Source of the DNA: Prochloraceae cyanobacterium | GTDB taxonomy: Bacteria; Cyanobacteriota; Cyanobacteriia; Cyanobacteriales; JASJDA01 | DNA length: 64,000 nt | Direction of reading: 5' to 3' | NCBI GenBank assembly: GCA_030065755.1 | Contig: JASJDA010000003.1 | Coordinates: forward strand, 5,454-69,453 | In this document: piece after piece, positions 55,463 through 64,000 of the stretch | How the letters are laid out: every line of letters starts with the position of its first letter | How positions within the stretch are numbered: the first letter of the stretch is position 1 | The notes under the pieces: model-generated | Database searches by the model: none | The model's input: the letters and a program-made list of their open reading frames with translations, nothing else | What the model was told of the DNA's origin: nothing | Program-made: the position numbers and the translations under genes

Positions 55463-56943
55463 TTGACTGCTCCCCTGCTTAAAAGAGAGGGGATTCTAAT
55501 AAGGAGGTTTGAGAACGGGTTAAAACCGCATTCTCAAACGCTGTTTTCTTATTAGCTGACCAAAGTTTAATTCTCTGGGGACGAGTCAAAGCGCCCCTAG
55601 ACACTCGCTCAAGGCTTACATTGCTAAGAATGCTTGAGGTTGTGCTTACTTGTGTTAGTTTGCAAATGATATTTGCTGCTCCATTACAGTCAGCATTGAT
55701 ATACCAGTTGTTAGCGGTTCGATACAAACCGCGCTTAGTTCTTGTACCTGATGGTTTCCAATCTTTGGGTTTTTCACCTATGGTTGGCAGATAGTCACCA
55801 TCTAAAAAACTAGCAATACTTGTATAAGATTCTTCAGTTTCAACGAACTGAATTCCGTATTGAGAACATAGTTGTTCAATTCTTTCTTTGAGTCTGGCTG
55901 TAGGAATAGGGACAAACTCAGAGTTATTCTTTTTGCCGATATTGATACTGTCTTTGTTTCGTTTGTTCCAACCAAAAATAACAGTACCTATATTGTTTTT
56001 TAGGCAATGATTAATTACTATTCTTGCTGCTTTATTGATTCCATCTTTGACTTGTCTATTGCGTTTTTCGGTTATGGCAGCTAACTTATTATTCCAAAAA
56101 TCTTGAGACTTATTCTCTTTAATAGTTGAGACTTTCTTGTTATACCAGCGATTCATTGATTTCAGATGCTTACCATCAACAATAAAGCTGGTGTCAACGT
56201 TAGACACACAGGTTAACCAGTTATCAACTCCTGGGTCTATTCCTAGTACATTATCTGGGTTAACCTGAAATGTTTCTATTTGTTTTTCATAGACAAACTC
56301 AAAGTAGAAACATTTATTTCTAGGAAGTATTCTCAACTCTTTAATGTCAGCAAAGTTAAGGTTAGCAGGTATTGAAATCAAAAAACTATCTATTGCAAAC
56401 CATCTTTTACAGGTCGTGCCTAGTGGTACTCTAATCTGACCCTCTTTTAGCTTTAATGCCTGCTTGGGGTAACTTACTGTGGCTAATCCACCTTTTTTTC
56501 TATAATTAGGGATTTGTGGTCTTTCAGTTATTTTGCCCTTTTTATATGCCTTGATTAGTCCATAATAAGACTTGAAAGATTCCGCGACAGTTCTCAATAT
56601 TTGTTGTGCCGCTTGAGAGTATAAAACCTTGTAGTGGTTGTTGCTTTTGTAGACTTTCTCTAAGTCATATTTACCTATACCTTTTTGAGCTTTAAAGTAT
56701 AGTTGTCTGGCATAATAAATCCCCATGTTAGTGAGTTTATGAGACTCTTCACATAAGAATGTTAGTATGTTGAGTAGGTCTGGGTTTTGACTTACTAAAA
56801 CTTGCTGACAACCGTACATATTTTGGGATTTACACTAATAAAATTGTACCATGTTTCGAGACACTTAAAAGTGTCTGACCTAAACGGTTCGCTCGTTTTC
56901 ATCCCCTACTTGAAAGACAGGGGCTTTCAACATCGCTATTCCG
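55463..56943 (-). mobile_element. IS200/IS605-family element carrying only tnpB (no tnpA)
   Basis: Left end on minus strand TTAC|CGGAATAGCGATGTTG-AAAG-CCCCTGTCTTTCAAGTAGGGG; right end GAAT-CCCCTCTCTTTTAAGCAGGGG-AGCAG-TCAA|. Same guide/cleavage tetramers as IS608. Confidence 0.85.
55479..56819 (-). CDS. tnpB: RNA-guided endonuclease TnpB
   Basis: RuvC-I LGIDPG, EESYTS, RuvC-III INADCNGAANI; N-terminal MYGCQQVL, SQAAQQ. Confidence 0.92.
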   Translation of the reverse strand: MYGCQQVLVSQNPDLLNILTFLCEESHKLTNMGIYYARQLYFKAQKGIGKYDLEKVYKSNNHYKVLYSQAAQQILRTVAESFKSYYGLIKAYKKGKITERPQIPNYRKKGGLATVSYPKQALKLKEGQIRVPLGTTCKRWFAIDSFLISIPANLNFADIKELRILPRNKCFYFEFVYEKQIETFQVNPDNVLGIDPGVDNWLTCVSNVDTSFIVDGKHLKSMNRWYNKKVSTIKENKSQDFWNNKLAAITEKRNRQVKDGINKAARIVINHCLKNNIGTVIFGWNKRNKDSINIGKKNNSEFVPIPTARLKERIEQLCSQYGIQFVETEESYTSIASFLDGDYLPTIGEKPKDWKPSGTRTKRGLYRTANNWYINADCNGAANIICKLTQVSTTSSILSNVSLERVSRGALTRPQRIKLWSANKKTAFENAVLTRSQTSLLESPLF

Positions 56944-56956
56944 GTAAAAACACTCC

Positions 56957-59900
56957 TTACCATATATGGCGCCCCGTAGCCGGTTCCTGCGGGACAGATG
57001 CTTTTGCAAGAGGTCTGTGACAAAGTTGGCGATCGTCTTGCGATCGACCCTTAGTAACGCTCTTTTCCGTCGAAAGATTGTTCTGCAAGTAATCTCGTAC
57101 CCAATTGCAAGCTTTTTGTGTCAGCGCCTCCAAACTCCGATCGATATCTAAATTCCAAATAATTACCTTTCCTAAAGAATCTGAAGAGGCAAGTATTTTA
57201 CCGTCAGGAGAAAAACTAACACTTCTAACAGCCCCATTATGACCCTGCAAAATTTGAATTTGCTTTCCTTTGGGGTTCCACAGGTTAATAGTGCCCTTAT
57301 AGGAACCAGAGGCGATCGTCTTTCCGTCAGGAGAGAAACTAGCACTCCCAATAGAGTCTTGAGGGCTTTTGAGGGTAAGATACTCTTTTCCCTCTAGAGT
57401 CCATATTTTAATGGTTCCATCTCTTCCTGCCGAAGCGATCGTCTTTCCGTCAGGACTAAAACTAACCTCGATCGCCCAATCTTTATGACCTTTGAAGGTA
57501 CGAATTAATGTACCGTCTAGGTGCCACAATTTTATTGTTTTGTCCTCACTCCCAGAAACGATCGTTTTTCCGTCGGGACTAAAATCGATACTAAAAACAG
57601 CACCTTCATGACCGATCGAAGTTCCGATCTCTGTTCCCTCTGCGTCCCACAATTTTATTGTTTTGTCCTCGCTAGCAGAAGCAACAATTTGGCTGTCTGG
57701 GCTAAATTTTACACTCCAAACGGCTCCAGTATGACCCTTGAGAATTTTATTGAGTTGAAATTTACCTTCTGGGTTTTGGTGCCAAAGGGCGATGGTTTGT
57801 CCCCAACTGGCGATCGCCATACTACTACTGTCGGGACTAAATGCAACATCCCTAACTGCGGAGTGAAAACCTTCTAATGTTTGCAATAGTTGTCCTGACA
57901 GACTCCATAGTTTGACATTAAAATCCAGCCCCGCAGTAGCAAGAATATTACCGTCAGGACTAAAAGTAACGTCTCTAACTGCTGCGTTATCTGCTTGAAT
58001 AATTTTGAGGGTATTGTTGTTGAGCTGCCATAGTTTAATGGTTCTGTCTTCGCTAGCGCTAGCAATGGTTTGACCGTCGGGAGAAAAACTAACACCCCAA
58101 ACAGAATCTTGATGTCTTTTAAGGGTTTCTAATTCTTTTCCGTGTAAACTCCAGAGTTTAACTGTAGTATCCCAACTAGCACTAGCAAGGGTTTGACCGT
58201 CAGGAGAGAAATTGATGCGAAATACGGCTGCATTGTGAGCGGGAAAAGATACCCTTTCCTTCCCGTCTTTGCTCCACAGTTTAATTGTTCCGTCTCGACT
58301 GCTGCTAGCAAGGGTTTGACCGTAGGGACTAAATTTGACACTAAAGACCCAGTCAGTATGTCCCTCAATAGTTTTTAATTTTTTGCCCTTTTTACTCCAC
58401 AGTTCGATCGAACCGTCTGCAGCTGCAGAGGCAAACATTTGTTCGTCAGGACTCACGTCGAGATCGAATATTCCACCTCGATCGCTCTGAAAACTGTGGA
58501 TCTCTTTTCCTTGTAAATTCCAAACTTTAATTTTCCCATCCCAACTAGCGCTTACAATGACGCGATTTTTGGGACAAAAAATCGCACTTACTACCCAACT
58601 TTTATGACCTCGCAAAGTTTGCTGAAGTTGAAATTTTCCACTTCGATCTCGCTGCCAAATTTTAATTGTTTTATCTTCGCTACCAGTCACTAAAGTTTTG
58701 CTATCGGGACTGAAATTAAGGCTCCAAACGGCATCTTCATGAGCTTGCCAACTTTGCAATTCTTTTCCTTGAGGATTCCAGATTTTTATTTTTCCCTCTC
58801 GATCGCTACTGACTATTAACTGACCGTCAGGACTAAAAGTTACATTCATCACTGAATCTCTATGTCCTTGAAGTCTGTTGCGCTCTTTAATCCAGTACAT
58901 AACTTCTTGCAGAGAGCTTTCTAGTTTATTTTGTACTTCTGGATCTTTTTTCATTACAGACTGTAGCTTTTTAGCGGCTCTGAGACTTTCTAACAGTGCG
59001 TCAAATTCTTCTTTATTTGCCAATAAAGCTTTTGAAGAAGTTATTAGAGCTTGAATTTCACTGAGGGTAGCTTGTTGTTTTTGTTTAGCAGCTTGCATCG
59101 ATAGGTTTGCTGCTAATCCTAACAAGAAAATAGCCAAAACAGAAATACTAGACAGTCCAATTAATCCCAAGCGAATAGTTCGCTTAGCTTTTTGTTGAGC
59201 TTCTGATAAGATTCGATTGGCTATTTCAGCGGCTTCTAAGGCAGTTTGTACTTCTTTTTTATCTAATTCTTGACTGGCAGCCAGAAAATGATAATCCCAA
59301 TCGCTCAAACTTTTATCTACCGACCAAGCTTGTGCATCTTCTAATGCTTTCCCCCGCAAAAGTCGAGATTCGTCGGTACATTCAGAAATAATCCACGCTC
59401 GTAAATTTTCCGAATAAGGTCGCCTTTTTGACAGTTCTTTTTCTACCCATTCTCGATTGAAAACTGCTTCGTAAATGCGGTTATAAACTTTTAATTCCCC
59501 TTGTTTCTTGACGACTAATCCCGATAAAAGTAGATCTATTTGTTCTGCACTATTGTCGGTAATAATGTGTCCTTGCTGCAGAATTTTTTGATATATTCCT
59601 AGTAAACGTCCAGTACGCTGTTCGTTTTTGAGCAGGCGATCGCGTATAGTTCTTAAATGTTCTGGTTCGTCTTGAAATTCCCAGTTATTAATAATCTGGG
59701 ATTCTACTATATAGGCTATCTTAGCTTGCCTCATAATCTGGGCAATTGACTTATTATTATCTTCAGAATCTAAATTAGGAAAAGAGGGAGTATATTTGGG
59801 CTGAGTTACTTTTTTTAGATCGCCAACTTGGAGATTATCCCACTGTCGATCGCTTCCATATTCCCACACTAACTGACACAATTTTTGGGTGAGAAATGGC

Positions 59901-60628
59901 TGTCCTCCTGTCCAAAATAAAATTTCTTTAAGTACTGCTTGCGGATTGCCAACTTTTCCTGCTAATCCTTTGGCTAGAGGTTTAACTTCTTCTAATTGAA
60001 ATCCTTGTAATTGAATTGCTTTACCAATATTAAAAGGAGTGCGATCGCGATCTTGTATTAAATCTGAGGGGGTCGCTACTCCAAAAATAGCAAAAGTCAG
60101 GCGATTATATTCTGAATTTTCTGCTCTTTTGTTGTAGCAAAAACGAATAAAAGCAAAAAAATCGTCGCTGGAAAAATTCAAACTGAGAATACTATCTATT
60201 TCATCAATAAAAATAAAAATTTTTTCGCTGCTTATTTCAGTTAATAAAACATCTTCAATAAATCTCTGTAAAATTTTAACCGGAGACAATCCTTCTTGTT
60301 CTTTCCACCAAGATTTTAAATTAATTTTCCCAGAGTAATTTAACCCCCGCCACAACTCATATATTAATCCTTTATACCACTGTTGTGGAGTAATATTTTG
60401 ACTGCCAATACTAGTAAGATCTACTGAAACACAGCTATATCCTTCTTGTTTCAATCGATGTTTAATGCGTACTCGCAAACTAGATTTACCCATTTGTCGG
60501 GAATTAAGTATGTAACAAAATTCCCCTTTTCTCAAAGCTTCATATAATTCTCTATCTGCTTGTCGATCGACATAACTGGGTGAATTGAATTTCAGACTTC
60601 CACCAACTTGATATTGATAATTTGTCAT
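56957..60628 (-). CDS. AAA_35 NTPase + TM + WD40 repeat protein
   Basis: YQVGGSL, YVDRQAD, SRQMGKSSL, FIDEID, TPFNIG, WTGGQPFLTQ; hydrophobic segment; about 14 GH...FSPDG...W repeats. Confidence 0.92.
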   Translation of the reverse strand: MTNYQYQVGGSLKFNSPSYVDRQADRELYEALRKGEFCYILNSRQMGKSSLRVRIKHRLKQEGYSCVSVDLTSIGSQNITPQQWYKGLIYELWRGLNYSGKINLKSWWKEQEGLSPVKILQRFIEDVLLTEISSEKIFIFIDEIDSILSLNFSSDDFFAFIRFCYNKRAENSEYNRLTFAIFGVATPSDLIQDRDRTPFNIGKAIQLQGFQLEEVKPLAKGLAGKVGNPQAVLKEILFWTGGQPFLTQKLCQLVWEYGSDRQWDNLQVGDLKKVTQPKYTPSFPNLDSEDNNKSIAQIMRQAKIAYIVESQIINNWEFQDEPEHLRTIRDRLLKNEQRTGRLLGIYQKILQQGHIITDNSAEQIDLLLSGLVVKKQGELKVYNRIYEAVFNREWVEKELSKRRPYSENLRAWIISECTDESRLLRGKALEDAQAWSVDKSLSDWDYHFLAASQELDKKEVQTALEAAEIANRILSEAQQKAKRTIRLGLIGLSSISVLAIFLLGLAANLSMQAAKQKQQATLSEIQALITSSKALLANKEEFDALLESLRAAKKLQSVMKKDPEVQNKLESSLQEVMYWIKERNRLQGHRDSVMNVTFSPDGQLIVSSDREGKIKIWNPQGKELQSWQAHEDAVWSLNFSPDSKTLVTGSEDKTIKIWQRDRSGKFQLQQTLRGHKSWVVSAIFCPKNRVIVSASWDGKIKVWNLQGKEIHSFQSDRGGIFDLDVSPDEQMFASAAADGSIELWSKKGKKLKTIEGHTDWVFSVKFSPYGQTLASSSRDGTIKLWSKDGKERVSFPAHNAAVFRINFSPDGQTLASASWDTTVKLWSLHGKELETLKRHQDSVWGVSFSPDGQTIASASEDRTIKLWQLNNNTLKIIQADNAAVRDVTFSPDGNILATAGLDFNVKLWSLSGQLLQTLEGFHSAVRDVAFSPDSSSMAIASWGQTIALWHQNPEGKFQLNKILKGHTGAVWSVKFSPDSQIVASASEDKTIKLWDAEGTEIGTSIGHEGAVFSIDFSPDGKTIVSGSEDKTIKLWHLDGTLIRTFKGHKDWAIEVSFSPDGKTIASAGRDGTIKIWTLEGKEYLTLKSPQDSIGSASFSPDGKTIASGSYKGTINLWNPKGKQIQILQGHNGAVRSVSFSPDGKILASSDSLGKVIIWNLDIDRSLEALTQKACNWVRDYLQNNLSTEKSVTKGRSQDDRQLCHRPLAKASVPQEPATGRHIW

Positions 60629-60712
60629 TTGCTATTTGCTGTTAGCTGTTGGTTGTTTGTATATAATTTTCTCCCCCATCTCCCCCTCTCCCCCTCTCCC
60701 CCTCTCCCTCTC
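60626..60712 (-). repeat. Compound STRR tract (reverse-complement arrangement of the 19221 and 46451 tracts)
   Basis: TTTGCTATTTGCTGTTAGCTGTTGG then CTCCCCC runs. Confidence 0.75.
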
Positions 60713-60719
60713 TTTTTCT

Positions 60720-62081
60720 TTAAACTAATTCAGAGCGAAAATAAAGAGCATATAACTGACAGCTTGGAGTTACTTTATTTTGATGTAATTTAACTAATCC
60801 CATACTATCTAACTTATAGGCTATTATTGATTCTAATTCGACGATCGTGTCTGCCATTACTACTTTTTTCATCCCTGCTGCTAATTCTGGATTAGTTTCA
60901 ATATTGGCTAAATGTCTCCTTAAATGGTGATTATAAATACCCGAACGAGTAGGTGCTTCTTGCAGGAGTTTTTCTAAAGTAATATTTTGAGATGCTAAAT
61001 GATAGAAAGCTAATTGCAAAAGATAAGGATGTCCGCCGATAGAAGCCAATAAAGAATTAGCTTTTTTTATTCCTACTTCATCTGTCCAATCCGAGTCATA
61101 AAGTTTTGCTAATTGCTGTACTTGTTTAATAGTTAATTCAGGTAATTTAATCGGCAAACCAACATTAAAAGGGGATTGATTTATATTAAGAGGAATATAA
61201 ACTTCCGTAGAGTGAACGACAATTAACCTCAGTTTTTGCCAAACTTCTATATTGTTAGCTTCTTCGTGCCAAAAACGCAATAGAGGGAGAAATTCAGCCG
61301 CAGTTTCTGGAAACTCAAAAATGCGATCGAGTTCGTCTAATGCTAAAACTAAGGGACAATTTAAATGTTGTAGCAAATAACCTTGTACGTAAGCAGTACA
61401 GCTAACTTTACTACCTAGATCTTCATCCCAATAGTCGTTTATTTTTGATTCGAGCATTAATTGGCGACTGACATTGGCACAAAACCAACGCAAAAACTTA
61501 TCTAGATTCCCTAAAATTGGTAGCTCTGCTTGGCTGAGATTGAGACGCGCTGTGTGATAGCCTAAAGAGGCAGCACGAGCCATAATTCTGAGAGTCAGGG
61601 AGGTTTTTCCCATCTGTTTGGGTGCTTTGATTCTGATTAATGCGCCAGTAGATGCGATCGCAGCGTAACACTGTTCTTCAATAGGAGGGCGATCGATATA
61701 CAAAGGAGAGTCTATACTAACTGGACCTTCAGGAAAAGAAGGATTTATCTTTTTTGCAAGAGGTTGAGATATTAGGAGATCGTCTCCCTCTCCTGTAGAA
61801 TTCAAGTGTTGTAAATATTGGCTGAGGATTGAATGGATATTACTTTTAGTAACTTTTTCTCCTAAAACTTTTGACAGTAATTTCCATAATTTGTAACCAA
61901 CATCGCGAATATGTTGGATGCTGTAACCAGAAGATTCAGCTATTTCTTCATAGGTTTGTCCTAAGTATGAGTGACGCAAAACTAAATCTTGTACGTCGTT
62001 TAGACGCTTGGGTTGAATTAGCTTATTGATTATTTGTACTGCTTGTTCGACGGAAATTGTTGTTACTAGTTGTCTCGACAT
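60720..62081 (-). CDS. N-terminal HTH + AAA_35 NTPase protein
   Basis: LNDVQDLVL..SYLGQTYEEIA...GYKLWKLLS..LGEKVTKSN HTH; YIDRPPIE, APKQMGKTSL, LALDELD, QSPFNVG, GGHPYL. Confidence 0.9.
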   Translation of the reverse strand: MSRQLVTTISVEQAVQIINKLIQPKRLNDVQDLVLRHSYLGQTYEEIAESSGYSIQHIRDVGYKLWKLLSKVLGEKVTKSNIHSILSQYLQHLNSTGEGDDLLISQPLAKKINPSFPEGPVSIDSPLYIDRPPIEEQCYAAIASTGALIRIKAPKQMGKTSLTLRIMARAASLGYHTARLNLSQAELPILGNLDKFLRWFCANVSRQLMLESKINDYWDEDLGSKVSCTAYVQGYLLQHLNCPLVLALDELDRIFEFPETAAEFLPLLRFWHEEANNIEVWQKLRLIVVHSTEVYIPLNINQSPFNVGLPIKLPELTIKQVQQLAKLYDSDWTDEVGIKKANSLLASIGGHPYLLQLAFYHLASQNITLEKLLQEAPTRSGIYNHHLRRHLANIETNPELAAGMKKVVMADTIVELESIIAYKLDSMGLVKLHQNKVTPSCQLYALYFRSELV

Positions 62082-62298
62082 TCATTTATAGTTGCCACTA
62101 GATAATAGATAATCCTACCAATACATAGATTATCTAGATTTGTCAGCTATTTTGCATCTGACAGGTCCCTCGATGCTGCAAATTTTTTTTATGACTATTG
62201 TCTTGCAAAAGGAATGTATCCTACTAAAATAGAAAGCTCTGTGTCTCCTCCCCCTTGTCACTGGGAACAAAAATGATTATAATTATAGGTAGACACAT

Positions 62299-62684
62299 GG
62301 GGCCGCAACGGTTTCGACAGGTTGGCGAAAACTATCCCGTGATGCAGGTCGAGAGTGAGTCTCCTCTCGTAAATCAAAGACTCAAACAATCTGTAAATGC
62401 GAACAACATTGTAAGATTCGAGCGTAAGGCAGTAGCTATTGCCTAGGTCATAACTCTTAAGACTTGCTCACTTTTAGCTTGACTCCGTTAAGGGCTAAAA
62501 GTTAACCCCCAACGGATGCTCTAGTTAGGTTCCTCTGGTGAGCTAACTAGTTAAGAATTTACCAGAGCATCCCACCGTCAGGGATAATCGACGGTTCCCG
62601 CCTGAGGATTAGAAAGGCTAAGCCTGTGAAAGATCGGAAAGTCAATACCCAATTTGGACAGCAGTTCGACTCTGCTCGGCTCCA
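62299..62684 (+). ncRNA. ssrA: tmRNA; tag peptide ANNIVRFERKAVAIA
   Basis: 5' GGGGCCGCAACGGTTTCGACAGG; 3' T-arm GCAGTTCGACTCTGC and CGGCTCCA acceptor; resume codon GCG at 62399, stop at 62444-62446. Confidence 0.97.
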
Positions 62685-62786
62685 TTTTTCACTTCTTCCA
62701 ACTGCCTAAACCTCTAGGGATATTTTGACTTGGGGAATTCCTCCTTCTTCACAGGTTTCCCCAATTTGTTTAAAATTCCAAAGCAA

Positions 62787-62817
62787 AATAGTTCGCGGGG
62801 ACTGGTCGCGAACTATT
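62787..62817. terminator. Hairpin between convergent ssrA and the COP23 gene
   Basis: AATAGTTCGCG-N9-CGCGAACTATT, with a T-run following on the minus strand. Confidence 0.65.
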
Positions 62818-62873
62818 AAAAAGACTATTCTATACTAAGCAACTATTGTTTCAGGTGCGGAAAGTTGAAAAAC

Positions 62874-63590
62874 CTACTCTTGGATAGGTAATTCTACGCT
62901 AGGATCTGCTTCGCCACCAGCAGCTACTGATACGCCAGCTTTGAAACTAGAGAGAACTTCATCCCACTGTCTCGCATTTGCAGGAGAAAGAGTAAAGATA
63001 ACGGTTTGATCCGCATCAGTAGGTTCTTCCACTACAGTGTGCATAGTGCGTAGAGGAATGTAAGCACCAGTGATATTTTGGTCAGAAGCGAGAATTACTC
63101 TTTCACTGATGTATTCGCCAAAAAGGTTTCTGCCGTAAACACCTGTAGCTCGGCTGATGTCGGATACTTCTTCCAGAGCGCTGATGAAGCTTTCTCCCAT
63201 TCTCATCGAAGGATTCATGTTGCGTTTAGCAGCTGCAACACCACTAACTAAATCGGTCAAACGCTCGCTAACAGTATAGCAACGTGACTCAGGAACAAAA
63301 CGACCATTATCTAAAGATTTTGTCCAGCTAATTAATGGTTCGTCGGATTGAAAGCGGATATCTTCAGTTACTACTGTGTTGGGATATCTTACATATGTTA
63401 CTTGCTCTACATATTGAGGTACTGTAACCCAATTACCAGAAACATCTTGTGAACACTTAAAAACTATTTTTTCTTCGCTAATTGTTTCCATCGTGCTCAA
63501 CATAATCTGTGCGTTAGCTTTTGGAGCTAATCCGAATAGACTTGTAGCCAGTAAAGTAGCAGTTCCTAGTACACCAAAGTATTTTTGCAT
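62874..63590 (-). CDS. Secreted COP23-domain-like protein
   Basis: Signal peptide ending ANA; FKC..., LISW, PESRCYTVSERL, VIFTL pattern of COP23. Confidence 0.72.
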   Translation of the reverse strand: MQKYFGVLGTATLLATSLFGLAPKANAQIMLSTMETISEEKIVFKCSQDVSGNWVTVPQYVEQVTYVRYPNTVVTEDIRFQSDEPLISWTKSLDNGRFVPESRCYTVSERLTDLVSGVAAAKRNMNPSMRMGESFISALEEVSDISRATGVYGRNLFGEYISERVILASDQNITGAYIPLRTMHTVVEEPTDADQTVIFTLSPANARQWDEVLSSFKAGVSVAAGGEADPSVELPIQE

Positions 63591-64000
63591 TTTGGCAATC
63601 CTTCTTTATAAATTTTCGATGAACTTAATGTTCTTACATCTCCAAGTTAGCTCCTTGTTTCGCAGAGTGTAAATCAGAAATAATAACTAACAAAATTTAA
63701 AATTAATGTAAAGATTGCTTGCTTATAAGTAAAAACACTGAAGTGTTTTTACTTATGGTAACTTAAAGTAAACAAAGCTAGAGAAAATCACTGCCGCGAC
63801 AGGAGATTATACTCAAGGGGATCGGAGCTTGTGAAGTCAAGCAAACAAGTAAATACTCGGAGAAAAATTAAGTCAATTTAAAAACACGTGAATACCCTGA
63901 GAAATAATTTAAGTGAAAACACGGATTTATCCTGAAAGATAAATAACTACAAATCGAGTTATTTTGTAAAAGCAAATAATAATGTTTTAAGAAATGCAAA

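Larger units (their letters stand above)
1..64000. repeat. HIP1 octamer (GCGATCGC) dispersed throughout the window
   Basis: Many copies, e.g. at 245, 1160, 1981, 6634, 8288, 18152, 18473. HIP1 is a cyanobacterial hallmark. Copies were not counted exactly. Confidence 0.9.

Noticed and set aside
55479-56819. TnpB as a domesticated nuclease-dead TldR
   Set aside because: Both transposon ends are intact, both Asp residues are retained and an alternative Glu is available; no guide match was seen elsewhere in the window. Not fully excluded.
21-58378. Numerous 60-135 aa ORFs antisense to or overlapping long genes in the ORF track
   Set aside because: They overlap well-supported genes, lack RBS and motifs, and several simply mirror repetitive proteins (pentapeptide, WD40).
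62255-62446. 63-aa ORF
   Set aside because: It is the tmRNA tag frame extended upstream by chance.
62685-64000. Integrative element at the ssrA 3' end
   Set aside because: No integrase and no duplicated ssrA 3' fragment within the window.

Overview
64 kb of a cyanobacterial chromosome. The HIP1 octamer GCGATCGC is very frequent, heptameric STRR tracts fill many intergenic gaps, and the hli, narM, patD and COP23 genes are cyanobacterial types; the exact taxon cannot be assigned from this window. The housekeeping backbone comprises mutS2, hli, purK plus 6S RNA, hpt, furA, sufE, narM, mobA, rsh, rpmA/rplU, recF, speD, leuB and tmRNA. Accessory modules are: (1) a HigB/HigA-IrrE toxin-antitoxin pair; (2) an AT-rich four-gene vWA-MoxR-VMAP ternary conflict system (alpha/beta hydrolase, caspase-VMAP, MoxR, vWA fused to a NACHT NTPase); (3) an unexplained operon of a divergent HisD paralogue, an APH-like kinase, a HAD hydrolase and HisC; (4) a ManS-like kinase and cysteine-dioxygenase-like cupin divergent from a tiny lipoprotein built of NPCAAKE repeats; (5) a GrrP-GrrM-GrrA triceptide RiPP cluster whose core has eight (F/W)-x-D motifs plus two more stranded out of frame; (6) a solo-tnpB IS200/IS605 element with readable IS608-type ends and a rearranged RuvC; (7) an HTH-AAA_35 / AAA_35-WD40 pair near a COP23 gene with a motif array. 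No CRISPR array, tRNA or rRNA was seen. All family assignments come from motif recognition by eye, not from database searches.
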